Shown: positions 52,416 through 63,106, counted from the first letter of the stretch. The stretch: DNA of 64,000 nt from Candidatus Poribacteria bacterium (GCA_965197475.1 CBDANF010000003.1:1184001-1248000), one strand, 5' to 3'. A program made the numbers and translations. The notes: generated from the letters alone by a model not told the origin.

Positions 52416-53396
52416 CTATGCCTCGCGGCTAAACACCAATACGTCGTAACCCTGTCCCTTATACGAAAACTGATTTTTGAACCTGCCTTCGCAAGCAAAA
52501 CCCGCAGCTTCTAAAATTGCAGCCTTCTTTTCAGCAGTACTATCAATATAACACTGAACTTTCAAATCGGGAAACTTCAACGCTGAAAGTAGCACAGGCA
52601 CAGAATCGGTAAAGTTGGGATGAAAAAAGAGGTCAAGCAGCGCGATCGTCTTTCGCCACCGAACATCCCAGCTTACCGTTGCCCATCCGACGATTGCGCC
52701 GCTTTGGGTGACCAACAATTTCGCATCATCGTAGACATCATCGGTTTCCAAAGTGTGTTTGAAACTCAAAAAACCGCTTTCAAGATTTGTTGGTCCATAT
52801 ACGTTCCACGCGAGGCTGCGTAACGTGTCCCATCCGACAATACCGGACAACGCTGTCAACTTCGGCCAATCGTGCCATTCAACAGGTTTCGGATGCACGG
52901 GAGTAGGTGCAAAATAGTTTTCCAAAAAATCACTGTTCACATGATACTGCATAAAACCCGACTCTGGAATCACACTCTCAAATCCGAAACTATGGTAGAT
53001 ATGGTACGGATGACCGTTGTATCCTGTTCCGAGGTATAGTGCACGACCCTTGCGTTGTAGAAAATCCTCCATCTGATACGTCATTACTCCTTTACATGCT
53101 CCTTTTCTACGTTGTTCGGGTAATGTAAAGACATGCCCTAAAATCCCGATCCCTTGATGTTCAACCGTCATGGTGTTGGTAATAATATTATCCTTAATTT
53201 TCCCCACATAGAACCGAGTTTCCAATTCGTCAAGCGATTCAATAACACACCTTTCAATGTGCCATTTAAAGTTTCCTGGCTTATGTCCGAGGAACTTTTT
53301 TATTTGTTCCGCATGAGATTCATCAGGCACACTAATTGCTCCGACATCCATGCATTCGCCTGTTTTCAGCGTTATCTCCCCAAGTTTTTCGTACAT
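52416..53396 (-). CDS. GNAT-family acetyltransferase-like protein
   Basis: GHVFTLPEQRRKGAC, YHSFGF. Confidence 0.8.
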   Translation of the reverse strand: MYEKLGEITLKTGECMDVGAISVPDESHAEQIKKFLGHKPGNFKWHIERCVIESLDELETRFYVGKIKDNIITNTMTVEHQGIGILGHVFTLPEQRRKGACKGVMTYQMEDFLQRKGRALYLGTGYNGHPYHIYHSFGFESVIPESGFMQYHVNSDFLENYFAPTPVHPKPVEWHDWPKLTALSGIVGWDTLRSLAWNVYGPTNLESGFLSFKHTLETDDVYDDAKLLVTQSGAIVGWATVSWDVRWRKTIALLDLFFHPNFTDSVPVLLSALKFPDLKVQCYIDSTAEKKAAILEAAGFACEGRFKNQFSYKGQGYDVLVFSREA

Positions 53397-53662
53397 CTCT
53401 ACCTCACCTTCCAAAAGGGTGTGTTATATTTGTCAAAAGTTGCGATTGAAAGCCTACACTTACTACAAAAAGGTGTTCCAATGTCTATGCTAACACAAGT
53501 TTCCGATAAAATGCAAGAGATACTTCAAACCACGGATGTGTAAAATATTGTCATTTGAATCGCGGATTATACAGTTACACCAAATCAACGCTAAATGCGC
53601 TTGTGGCATTGGTGGATTTCGTAGATTGCGTTTTACTATGTGGTGAACGAATTGGCAGACTT

Positions 53663-53800
53663 GTTGGGTTTCGCAAGCTCTACCCAACCTACAGTCCGAA
53701 AAAATAGGGTTATTTTTATTGCTCGTACGCAGCCCCAGTGGGGCGGAATGTCTATAGAAACGCGGCAAACAACCCCTCTTAGCCCCAGCGGGGCGACAAG
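53663..53800. repeat. REP cluster
   Basis: gttgggtttcgcaagctctacccaacctac plus two gccccagyggggc palindromes. Confidence 0.75.
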
Positions 53801-54099
53801 TGTGGCAGCACCTTACGACCTTTGACAAATATTTACATACCCACAAACCACAACAGATGGGTATCCTTGCACTGTGGGTTCGTCCAAGCAATATGATAAA
53901 GCAAAGCGGTTACCGAGACTTACGGTTGAATGGATGGCAATATTTTGAAGATAAACCGTTAGGTAGGTATGAGAAATATGGAGGATTATAAAACTACGGA
54001 TTGTCTCCGTAAATCTTGAGTGAAAGATTAATACTGTGTAGTGGTGCGACTTATGACACTTTCTGGAAATATCTAACGATTAACATGGGGTTATAGCAA

Positions 54100-54495
54100 A
54101 TGAAACCTATATGGCGTGAGATGAATCTAACATGGGAGGAGTTTTCGAATCTTTCATTAGACCCGAAATTTCACATACCAACCGAACAACTACGATCTTA
54201 TAGTGCTTTAGAGATTGCTGAATATATCATTGACAATTATGGTGGTGACGTACTTGAATACAGGAAGGATGCAGGGACTTTAGAACCTAAAAAGAATTAT
54301 CTTATAGATTCTTTTGATTTTGCAAAAATAGATGTTAAAGGTGGTATAAAAATCAGACCAATTTCTAATGAAAAATATTGGGTAACTGATGGGAATAATC
54401 GCGTTATGTTAGGAACGTTATTGGTTTTACAAAAGAAAATTAAATTCCCATCAGAAGTTCGAGTGATGTGTAATATGGCAGTAAGGCAAGCATAA
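54100..54495 (+). CDS. Hypothetical protein with ParB/Srx-like DGNNR motif
   Basis: 131 aa, YWVTDGNNR; AT-rich. Confidence 0.55.
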   Translation: MKPIWREMNLTWEEFSNLSLDPKFHIPTEQLRSYSALEIAEYIIDNYGGDVLEYRKDAGTLEPKKNYLIDSFDFAKIDVKGGIKIRPISNEKYWVTDGNNRVMLGTLLVLQKKIKFPSEVRVMCNMAVRQA

Positions 54496-54496
54496 A

Positions 54497-55558
54497 TTAT
54501 CTGCGGGTTTTGAGTTTCGCCCAAGATGTCAAGGTTTTATTTTTCGCCCCTTTTTCAACACTTAAATCAGGGTTTTTATCATGACCATAAACAATTGAAT
54601 CCTTATTTTCTTTTGTTGGATCGGGAGGAACATATTTAGGTTTTTGAAAATCGCGAATAAACTTAAATATGTAATTCCCGTGGATATCCATTATCTGATA
54701 CCATAGATTATCACCATCTGTGATTAAATGTCTTGGGACATCAATTTCAGCTATCATGAGGTTGCCAAGGAGTTGCGTACTTCCAATCACGAAAGTGCCT
54801 TTAGATCGGCACATTTGGCAATGATATAATCCACTTGCACTGCTCATTTTAAATCTAAATCTTATTGTCCATTTATCTATAGCAGTAATCCGAATGTCTG
54901 AAAGGTATTGGGGTATATCCGTTCTAATGTGAACGTCATTGAAATAGTGGTGACTGTCTAGCCAACGCGCCTCGTAGTCTAAGAGTATGTCGTCGCCTGG
55001 TCCCATTAATGCGTTGTGGATATCATTGTGATAAAGTCCAAAGGCGTGACCTAATTCATGACCTGCGTAAGATGTTGAAATCAAATTGCCAGCGACAACG
55101 CCAACGCCACCTGTTCGCCACCCGAATATCGGCCATCCGATTCCCCCTCTATTTACGTTTATGAAATCCATGCCTCCAATAATGATGATTTGAATAGTGT
55201 CCTTAACTTCGGCGTTGTTGGTATTGAATTGAGCAGGAAGTTCTTTAGCGATTACTATTTCTGTCCTTTGTAGATAGTGATTAGCGTTGTGTTCTCCCTC
55301 AATTTGATGCACAACAACCTTACCCTGGGCATCCCGTTCCATCCGAAAAGTCTTGCGACCGAAGCCGTGCCTGTCCATTTCGGTAGCGTAGAGTTCCTGC
55401 ACATCTTCCATTGTGTCTCGGATTTTATCAGGCATATCAGGTGCTTGGACATCTGCGGGCTGGAAGTAGATGACTCGGACGGTGAAGGGGTCAACGGCAT
55501 CTGCTGGGCTAATGAGTATTGAGAGCAGAAATAAAACGACAAGATATATTTTTTTCAT
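54497..55558 (-). CDS. Secreted HExxH metalloprotease-like protein with C-terminal W-motif
   Basis: VRVIYFQP...EMDRHGFGRKTF, GHELGHAFGLYH, ends KTLTSWAKLKTRR. Confidence 0.85.
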   Translation of the reverse strand: MKKIYLVVLFLLSILISPADAVDPFTVRVIYFQPADVQAPDMPDKIRDTMEDVQELYATEMDRHGFGRKTFRMERDAQGKVVVHQIEGEHNANHYLQRTEIVIAKELPAQFNTNNAEVKDTIQIIIIGGMDFINVNRGGIGWPIFGWRTGGVGVVAGNLISTSYAGHELGHAFGLYHNDIHNALMGPGDDILLDYEARWLDSHHYFNDVHIRTDIPQYLSDIRITAIDKWTIRFRFKMSSASGLYHCQMCRSKGTFVIGSTQLLGNLMIAEIDVPRHLITDGDNLWYQIMDIHGNYIFKFIRDFQKPKYVPPDPTKENKDSIVYGHDKNPDLSVEKGAKNKTLTSWAKLKTRR

Positions 55559-55738
55559 GTTAGTCTTCCTTTTTTGTCAGTTACATAATTTCTACATGGA
55601 GACCATACGGTTGCGCAGCATCTGCATCAAAATCAAATCTTTCAATTACTGTTCCTGTTGATTTGTTGTTGCACCACTATATTTTAAAATGATAAATCGG
55701 TAAGTAAAATCGAAATTCCACCGAACTTCAAATGCAAT

Positions 55739-56494
55739 CTAATGCGACTTTTCAACTCGCGCCCAGGTAGTTGCAAGTTTATCTGAAGCATCTACAGCAG
55801 CACCACCAGGCTCCATGCTCTGCTCAATTTCGGCTTCCGATAAAGCTCGTTCCCAAACCATGACTTCGTCAATGAGACCGTTAAACTTTCGATTGTTTGG
55901 ACCCCATGATCCTACCATGGTGTTACCTTCTGCCCCCTTGTAGACAGATTTGTCTTTGTCTTCCGCCTTCGCCTCTCCGTTGATATAGACTCTCCGAGTT
56001 TTGGTATCCGCATCCAACCAAAAACAGATATGTGCCCATTCGTTTGCTTTAACCGCGGCAACCGCGTCAAGGTCATTGCCATAAAATCCCATACGAACGG
56101 TACCATTGTTCCAAATACGGAAGTGCAGACTTTTGTTCGTCTCATTGGCTTGGGTCTGTGAAAAGACATGCTGTTCGTCACCACCAGTCAACATCGGCTT
56201 TGCCCATAATGTCACTGTAAAACTCTTGTCGTTCAGTGGAATGTGTGGTGCCGTAACCTCTCCTCCTTCGCTGAACTTTAAAGCCTGTCCGACTTTGCCT
56301 TCAACAAAATCGGCAGTTCCAACGATTTCACCATCGTTTTTATGTGTGGAAAGATCTTTTACCGCATTTTCTTTGTCATCATCAAAGGAAAAGTAAAGCA
56401 TCAGTTCCTGATCCTTTAAACTAAACGCAATAACATGAAAAGGTATCACCAATAATCCGGTGATAATGAGAAGTGAAAATGTAATTCTATACAT
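55739..56494 (-). CDS. Secreted LamG protein with C-terminal W-motif
   Basis: LMLYFSFD, GLIDEVMVWERALS, ends DKLATTWARVEKSH. Confidence 0.87.
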   Translation of the reverse strand: MYRITFSLLIITGLLVIPFHVIAFSLKDQELMLYFSFDDDKENAVKDLSTHKNDGEIVGTADFVEGKVGQALKFSEGGEVTAPHIPLNDKSFTVTLWAKPMLTGGDEQHVFSQTQANETNKSLHFRIWNNGTVRMGFYGNDLDAVAAVKANEWAHICFWLDADTKTRRVYINGEAKAEDKDKSVYKGAEGNTMVGSWGPNNRKFNGLIDEVMVWERALSEAEIEQSMEPGGAAVDASDKLATTWARVEKSH

Positions 56495-56599
56495 ATTAAG
56501 TAACCTCCTAAAAATAAAATTGTTCACTATCAAATATAACACAGAATTGAAAAAATGTCAAGCATTTTGAAACCAAGGTCATTTAGTTTTCTGTGTATT

Positions 56600-56658
56600 G
56601 TAGGAGCGATCTCCGAATCGCGACATACGACCTGTCGGGAATCGGAGTTCCCTCCTAC
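56600..56658. repeat. REP doublet
   Basis: gtaggagcgatctccgaatcgcgac and tcgggaatcggagttccctcctac; the same units recur at 63149-63212. Confidence 0.85.
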
Positions 56659-56670
56659 GCGAGATCAGAC

Positions 56671-57567
56671 TTATGCAAATTGTCGATTCCAATCATGATG
56701 GGATTGGGCAACGCTCTCCGGATTTTTCTGACTCCGAGCAATAAACCCCGGCACATTTGCACGACCAGTTGGCAGACCAATTTGGCTATAGCGCGTATCA
56801 ACACTCCATCTAACCGTCTTACCACGATTCGGAAGTCCACGGTGCACAACCCGCTCACTCGTCAGTAGAACGTCGCCAACATCAAGCTCGGCAGTGACAA
56901 TATCACCAGATGGTAACTCCGTTTCACTGATGCCTTTACCACCGGTATGACCGGGTGTCTGTTCTTGGTAGTTGTGCGCTATGAGATTGAAGCGATGTGA
57001 ACCTCGGATAACTTGCATGCATCCGTTCTCTTGATATGCTTTAACCAATGGAAGCCAAACGTTTACAACCAGCGTTTCGCCCGCTTCTTCCGGGATGAGA
57101 TACGCCAAATCTTGATGCCACGGAATAACCGTAATATCCTGATTTGGTAACTTGGCACGGAAATTAAACTGCGGATGGGCAAAAATTTCCTTACCAATCA
57201 GTGAACCGACAACATCAAGTAATTTTGGAGCCGTTCTGAGTGTGAACATGCCAGCGGTACGTATTTTCTGGTTGCTAAAATTATTCCGCCAAATCCAGTT
57301 CGGATCGGAACAGGCACTGGATACCATGCCTAAACGCGTTTCAAACGGCTCGTCATCATAAGTTTTTGACGGATCAAGGATACCCTGTTTAACTGCCGCC
57401 TGAGTGCCTTCCTCAACCTTATTTGATAGTTCATTCATCAACGGCTGTAAAGCTTGGTTCGGTAGTAGATTTCGGATATGCAGAAAGCCATCGTCATGAA
57501 ATTGCTGCTTCTGCTGTGCAGTAAGTTCAACTGACTGACCGTTTTCCGATTTATGTTCTGTAGACAT
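56671..57567 (-). CDS. Phytanoyl-CoA dioxygenase (PhyH) family
   Basis: FHDDGF, PWHQD, ENGCM..IRGSH, VHRG...RWS. Confidence 0.9.
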   Translation of the reverse strand: MSTEHKSENGQSVELTAQQKQQFHDDGFLHIRNLLPNQALQPLMNELSNKVEEGTQAAVKQGILDPSKTYDDEPFETRLGMVSSACSDPNWIWRNNFSNQKIRTAGMFTLRTAPKLLDVVGSLIGKEIFAHPQFNFRAKLPNQDITVIPWHQDLAYLIPEEAGETLVVNVWLPLVKAYQENGCMQVIRGSHRFNLIAHNYQEQTPGHTGGKGISETELPSGDIVTAELDVGDVLLTSERVVHRGLPNRGKTVRWSVDTRYSQIGLPTGRANVPGFIARSQKNPESVAQSHHDWNRQFA

Positions 57568-57588
57568 TTCAAGTCTCCGTTTTGAGCA

Positions 57589-58332
57589 TTACGATATAGA
57601 TTTCAGTAAAGATGCCGACCCAGCATCCAGATATACCATGCAATCCGGATGCTTTTGCAAAATAGAGGCAGGGTGCATCGGTGTGATCTTACCATGTAAG
57701 CAATTGCGAACGGCTTCCGCCTTCCGTTCATCTGGCACCGTACATATAATCGTTTCCGATTTCATAATTTGACGGATGGACATTGAAATGGCATGGGTCG
57801 GCACATCATCTAATCCGTTAAACCATCCTTCGCCGACCTGTTGCAGACGGCATGCCGCATCTAATTCCACTACGATATAGGGATCTTCTGTCTCAAAATC
57901 AGCGGGCGGGTCATTGAATGCAAGGTGTCCATTTTCACCGATACCCACAAAAGCGACATCAATGCGGTGTTGCAAGATTATCTGATTGAGTCTGTCACAT
58001 TCAGCTTGCGGATCGTCTACTTCGCCATTCAGAAAATGCACCGTCCCCAGTTGAACGATATTCACTAACCGCTCCTGAAGATATTTGCGGAAACTGGCAG
58101 GATGCGTCTCTGGTATTCCGATGTATTCGTCCAGATGGAACATCGTTGTCTTTGTCCAGTCAATTGCGGTATCAGCGGTAAGTGCGATGAGAAAATCGAA
58201 TTGCGATGCGCCCGTTGCCACGATGAAGCTGGCGTGTCCGCTCGTATTAATTGCCTCGCGCAGTTTTGTGCTTGCTGCAGTAGCAGCTGCTATACTCGTT
58301 TCCTTTTTAGTAGTTGCTTTGAATGTATTCAT
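57589..58332 (-). CDS. nagB: Glucosamine-6-phosphate deaminase-like
   Basis: [31 protein letters not shown]. Confidence 0.88.
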   Translation of the reverse strand: MNTFKATTKKETSIAAATAASTKLREAINTSGHASFIVATGASQFDFLIALTADTAIDWTKTTMFHLDEYIGIPETHPASFRKYLQERLVNIVQLGTVHFLNGEVDDPQAECDRLNQIILQHRIDVAFVGIGENGHLAFNDPPADFETEDPYIVVELDAACRLQQVGEGWFNGLDDVPTHAISMSIRQIMKSETIICTVPDERKAEAVRNCLHGKITPMHPASILQKHPDCMVYLDAGSASLLKSIS

Positions 58333-58337
58333 TTTCT

Positions 58338-58994
58338 CTAAATCATGTCTTTCGCTTGCAAGATGCGGATAAAATCTTCTTTCCAACTCGGTGAGAGGGC
58401 AGGTAGTTTTCTCGCTTTTGCTATCTTTTTGTGGTTATTTGTATCAAAATAACGTAGATTGAGTATCTCTGTGACGCTCATCGGTTCGGATGCAATCTCA
58501 ATGCGTGAAATTGCATCGCCAGCAGCGATTTCACCTTCTGCCAGCACACGAAAGTAGAAACCGACTCGTCGACTCTGCAAAAACTGTTTAGGAAATTCCG
58601 GTAGTCCCATTTTGTATCCCAACTTGAAACAGGGAACGCGTGGTTGTGTAATTTGAAGTTGGACGGTTGAACCTATCTGAAAGACATCGCCAATGTGGAC
58701 ATCTTCTTCAAACATACCCTCAACGGTGAGATTTTCACCGAATTGTCCATACGACAAGTCATCTCTGTTCAATTCTTGCCGCCAATGCGAATAATGTTCG
58801 ATCGGATAGCCGTAAATCGCTTTATAGGTACCGCCATGTACCTTCAGATCGCCTTGACCATCGCCATCAATGTTCTTTTCTCTGAGCATGACGGTTCCCG
58901 ATACCGGTTCTTTAAAAATCCCTGTTTGAATAGTTTTTCCACCGTATCGGATAGGTTTCGGTTTTGAAACGTTTATGGATAAGAGTCTCATCAT
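58338..58994 (-). CDS. MOSC-domain protein (YiiM-like)
   Basis: [32 protein letters not shown]. Confidence 0.9.
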   Translation of the reverse strand: MMRLLSINVSKPKPIRYGGKTIQTGIFKEPVSGTVMLREKNIDGDGQGDLKVHGGTYKAIYGYPIEHYSHWRQELNRDDLSYGQFGENLTVEGMFEEDVHIGDVFQIGSTVQLQITQPRVPCFKLGYKMGLPEFPKQFLQSRRVGFYFRVLAEGEIAAGDAISRIEIASEPMSVTEILNLRYFDTNNHKKIAKARKLPALSPSWKEDFIRILQAKDMI

Positions 58995-59210
58995 GTGGTT
59001 TAATATATATGTTTAGAGGATTTCTGTCAAGGAAGAATTATATATTGGTCGGTTAAAGGGAGCGAAACTTAACAAAGGCATTTATTTTCCAAACGCCGAG
59101 AAAAAATCAAATCAAAATTCGGATTTTTCAATTTTTTCAGATTATGCACCTTTTTGCCCTCAAAATTACGTCACTAATAATCGTAAACCGATCTCTTGTG
59201 GAGGACTCCG

Positions 59211-60944
59211 ATGGAAAAAGACGATGTTGAACTGATTCGCAGCATCTTGTCTGGTGACGATACGGCTTTCAGTGATTTGGTCCAAAAATACCAAAAGAGT
59301 GTTCACGCACTTGCATGGCGGAAAATAGGGGATTTTCAGGTCGCCGAAGAAATCAGCCAAGATACCTTCCTCCAGGCATACAAGAAACTCGCCACACTCA
59401 AGAATCCGAAACAGTTTGCCGGATGGCTTTATGTAATCGCCAGCAATCTTTGCCGTGACTGGCACAGAAGGAAGAAACCAACTATGCAATCGTTAGATGC
59501 CACCAACACAAGAACCTTGGAGAAAACCGCTTTTGAACGTTATGTAGCAGAACAACGTGAGAAGGCGGCAGCTGAACATCGCCGCGAACTTGTTAAAAAC
59601 CTTCTCGAAAAATTACCTGAGAGCGAACGCACGGTGGTGACGCTCCACTACCTCGGTGAAATGACATCCGAGGCGATTAGTAAATTTTTAGGTGTGTCTG
59701 TAAATACGATTAAGAGTCGGCTAAGACGGGCACGTAAACGTTTGAAGGAGGAAGAACCGATGATCCGTGAAACCCTTGGGAGCGTACAACTTCCTGCAAA
59801 CTTTACCCAGAACATCATGAAGCAAGTTGCAAACATTAAACCGACATCCCCTACAAGTGGCAAACCGTTGATACCGTGGATAGCTTTGGGTTCAGCAGCA
59901 ATTTTAGTTATTTTGTTGATGGGGGCAAGCAACCAATACCTCACCCGTTTTCAGAAGCCTTACAGTTTAGAGACACAATCGGAAACCAGTATTGAAATCG
60001 TTGATGCACCAATTATTCTTGATATCCAGTCAAAACCTGATACACGCCATCGGATCGGAGATGCTGTTGAAAATAAAAATAACGGTGCTGGTCAACAAGA
60101 ATCCAACGCGGCTTTAGCAGCAGATGTCCAAGACGATTCATCCAGGGTTTCTGTCCTACCACACCAATGGACACAGTCAACAGGGCCACAAGGCGGGAAT
60201 GTGCATGAGATATTTCTAACATCTGAAGGATCACTCTACGCTGTGTCGCCGACAGGTATCTACAAAATGACAGAAGATGCAAGCAGATGGGTATTAATCA
60301 ACAATACTGTGCCGACTGAAAATTATTCTGAAATGCCGATGGCGGAACAGGATGGCACCCTCTACCTCGTATCCACCGATCAAATCTTTGCTTCAACCGA
60401 TGCAGGCGTAACATGGAATTCCTTTAGTTTACGTCCAAGAGGAACTGCTATTGACCTGCTGATAACTGACGAAGCGTTTTACCTTGTAATAAACGATGAA
60501 ATTTTCAGATCTACCGATGCCGGTAAAAAGTGGACCGCTTTTAACGAAGGATTGGAAGATAAAAAAATTTCTGCTGCGGTTGCTATCGGAAATACTATAT
60601 TTGTTGGAACAAATCGAGGTCTCTACCGTTTCAAATCAGATAACTGGAAACAGTTGTCAGTGGGTACGTTCAGGACAATCAACTCGTTGGCGGTCTCTGA
60701 AAACACGCTCTATGTTGGAATGTTCCCTGATGATTCTACATTGACATCCGCAGAGAGGCGGACAAAGTTGATAAGAGAGATGATACGGAATGAAAATTCT
60801 AACCGATGGGAGATTTTCCGATCAGACGACTTAGGAGATTCATGGATTAAAATAACACCTAAAAATGAATTTTTTACTGAGAAGACAGCTACGGATACAA
60901 GGGTTTTAGTTGCTGGTAAGGCAATATTACTAATCGGAATTTGA
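59211..60944 (+). CDS. ECF sigma factor fused to a TM helix and extracytoplasmic beta-propeller (probably 3'-truncated)
   Basis: Sigma2 (AEEISQDTFLQAY..FAGWLY), sigma4 (TIKSRLRRAR), TM IPWIALGSAAILVILL, S-x-D-x-G-x-x-W repeats. Confidence 0.85.
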   Translation: MEKDDVELIRSILSGDDTAFSDLVQKYQKSVHALAWRKIGDFQVAEEISQDTFLQAYKKLATLKNPKQFAGWLYVIASNLCRDWHRRKKPTMQSLDATNTRTLEKTAFERYVAEQREKAAAEHRRELVKNLLEKLPESERTVVTLHYLGEMTSEAISKFLGVSVNTIKSRLRRARKRLKEEEPMIRETLGSVQLPANFTQNIMKQVANIKPTSPTSGKPLIPWIALGSAAILVILLMGASNQYLTRFQKPYSLETQSETSIEIVDAPIILDIQSKPDTRHRIGDAVENKNNGAGQQESNAALAADVQDDSSRVSVLPHQWTQSTGPQGGNVHEIFLTSEGSLYAVSPTGIYKMTEDASRWVLINNTVPTENYSEMPMAEQDGTLYLVSTDQIFASTDAGVTWNSFSLRPRGTAIDLLITDEAFYLVINDEIFRSTDAGKKWTAFNEGLEDKKISAAVAIGNTIFVGTNRGLYRFKSDNWKQLSVGTFRTINSLAVSENTLYVGMFPDDSTLTSAERRTKLIREMIRNENSNRWEIFRSDDLGDSWIKITPKNEFFTEKTATDTRVLVAGKAILLIGI

Positions 60945-60950
60945 AAACGG

Positions 60951-61217
60951 ATGTTATCTTGCTGCAACGCTTACCTACCTCAGTTGAAGCAGCGTGATTC
61001 AGCTGGGTTAGCACTTTTTGATACAGACATCACTGAATATTCCGCCGAGGGCGCAGCAACACACCTGCGTATGATTATGTCTGCACTTGAAAATCTGAAT
61101 CAGTTTATTCAGAATTACCGTCGCGGGTGTGGTGCAATCCAGATTGACTATGTGCAGATGGATACTGCTACCCCGTTTGACTATGCATTGTCGGCGTATC
61201 TTTTCCGACGCAAGTAA
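60951..61217 (+). pseudogene. DUF58-family remnant with internal deletion
   Basis: KQRDSAGLALFD joined directly to a DUF58-like C-terminus IDYVQMDTATPFDYAL..YL.RR. Confidence 0.6.
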
Positions 61218-61285
61218 ATATCGTGACCGATTATCCCAACGTTTTCAAATGTGTAAACCTATAACAAGATTTTACGTTTTACCAT

Positions 61286-61406
61286 CAGAACTTACGCACA
61301 AACGGTAGGCACGCTTTGTAAGCGCGCTGGAAACTCAAAATTCTGCTAAAAATTACACTATTTTCGTCATATTTATTGAAAAATCGTGAAAATTGCGTAA
61401 GTCCTA
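61286..61406. mobile_element. Second CAGGACTTACGCA-type MITE with a different interior
   Basis: cagaacttacgca ... tgcgtaagtccta; internal REP gtaggcacgctttgtaagcgcgc. Confidence 0.75.
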
Positions 61407-61429
61407 AAAATATAAAAATAGGAGAACCC

Positions 61430-62230
61430 ATGAAAAAATTAATGTTTTCACACTTAAAAGTCGGCATCTTCATCGCCCTTTTCCTCGTGTTGACTCAACC
61501 CTGTCTTGCAGGTACATGGCGCGATGATTTTGAAGATAACAACATCAGCGAATGGATGATCTTTAGCATTAAAAAGATTCAATTAAACCCTGGAAAGCCC
61601 AATGGAAGGTGGTGGATTAGCAATGGCGAAATTGTCGGAGAAATTTTCAATCGTGCTAATGCTGACACATGGTTCAGCTTGTTTCTAACGGGTGAACCGA
61701 CATGGGAACATTACTCAATATCTTGCCGTGCTAAACTGGTTAAGGGCGAGAATGTACATGGAAATCCGCCACTCATCGGACTCACACTTCACGATACAGC
61801 TGAAACAGATAATGGAGATGAGAAAAATAAAGACCTTCGTTATATGTTCGTACTTGATTATTTTAACAAGAGAGTTCAATTTATTCAAGCAGCTGGGATA
61901 AATGAGATTTGGGTGGCATGGGGAGCTTTCAAGTTTATGGCAGAAGAGGATACCTGGTATAACCTGACTGCTACCATTCATAAGGATGGAAGTGTACAAT
62001 TCCATATTAATAACCAGGAAATTTTTTTATTCAAAAATTTTTTATTGGAGAATGTCGATATCTCTACACGGAACGGTTATGCCGGACTAGTTGTCTCAAA
62101 TGCGAGAGCAAGGTTTGATGATATTGAAATTACTGGCGAGAATATCCGCAATGGCGGTCCAGGAAAATCATTCCAGGTTGTGCCCAAGGGTAAACTCGCT
62201 ACTACTTGGAGTAAACTTAAAATCAAGTGA
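61430..62230 (+). CDS. Secreted ConA-like/DUF1080-like protein with C-terminal W-motif
   Basis: Start ATG 61430 after AGGAG; AGTWRDDFED...ARFDDIEITG; ends GKLATTWSKLKIK. Confidence 0.82.
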   Translation: MKKLMFSHLKVGIFIALFLVLTQPCLAGTWRDDFEDNNISEWMIFSIKKIQLNPGKPNGRWWISNGEIVGEIFNRANADTWFSLFLTGEPTWEHYSISCRAKLVKGENVHGNPPLIGLTLHDTAETDNGDEKNKDLRYMFVLDYFNKRVQFIQAAGINEIWVAWGAFKFMAEEDTWYNLTATIHKDGSVQFHINNQEIFLFKNFLLENVDISTRNGYAGLVVSNARARFDDIEITGENIRNGGPGKSFQVVPKGKLATTWSKLKIK

Positions 62231-62323
62231 AATTTACATCAACGAATTTCACGTTGTAACCTAAATATAGCACCGGACTGGGTTTTACAGAACTCATTAC
62301 AATCTTAATATAGGAGAAAAATC

Positions 62324-63094
62324 ATGAATAAATCAATGTTTTCATATTTAATCGCCGGAATTATCACAACCCTTTTCCTTGTGTTGACTCAACCCTGTCT
62401 TGCAGGTACATGGCGCGATGATTTTGAGGATGATAGCACTCGCGAATGGAAGGTTTATGATATTGCATTATTCTGGCACGATCCCAACCTAAAGATTTCA
62501 AAATGGCAGATTGACGATAACCAAGTTGTCGGAGAAATCTTCGGCGAGGGTGTAGCGAGTCTATGGTTAACCGGCGAACCGACGTGGCGAAACTACTCAA
62601 TATCTTGTCGCGCAAAACTCGTTGGCGGAGATAACCTACCTAGTATAGCATTTGGACTAGTACTTCACGCAAGGGTTGACCGAGAAGTCTTACATCAGCA
62701 TACCTTCATTGTTGAAACTCTTTCCAACACAGCCAGAATTAATAAATTGATGGGGGAACCTTTTGAAGATTGGTCTGAGAAAGAGTTCCCATTTGTTGTA
62801 GAAGTAGATACTTGGTATTTACTTTCCGCTACCGTTCACGATAGCGGAAAACTCACGTTCCGGATTAAAAACCTGGACCCCGATTTTGATGGTGACGAAG
62901 AAGTGTTCACTACAACTTTCGCTAAACCGACAGAAGGAGGGTTAGCCGGACTCTATGTTGCGGGAGCGCGAGCTCAGTTTGATGATGTCGAAATTAAAGG
63001 AAGTAATATCCCTAATCACGGTTCAAGAGAATCGTTCTCTGTAGAACCACGAGGCAAACTTGCGACTACTTGGGGTGAACTTAAGAGCAAGTGA
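62324..63094 (+). CDS. Tandem paralog of the preceding gene, with C-terminal W-motif
   Basis: AGTWRDDFED...AQFDDVEIKG; ends GKLATTWGELKSK. Confidence 0.85.
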   Translation: MNKSMFSYLIAGIITTLFLVLTQPCLAGTWRDDFEDDSTREWKVYDIALFWHDPNLKISKWQIDDNQVVGEIFGEGVASLWLTGEPTWRNYSISCRAKLVGGDNLPSIAFGLVLHARVDREVLHQHTFIVETLSNTARINKLMGEPFEDWSEKEFPFVVEVDTWYLLSATVHDSGKLTFRIKNLDPDFDGDEEVFTTTFAKPTEGGLAGLYVAGARAQFDDVEIKGSNIPNHGSRESFSVEPRGKLATTWGELKSK

Positions 63095-63106
63095 ACCCGA
63101 AAGCAA

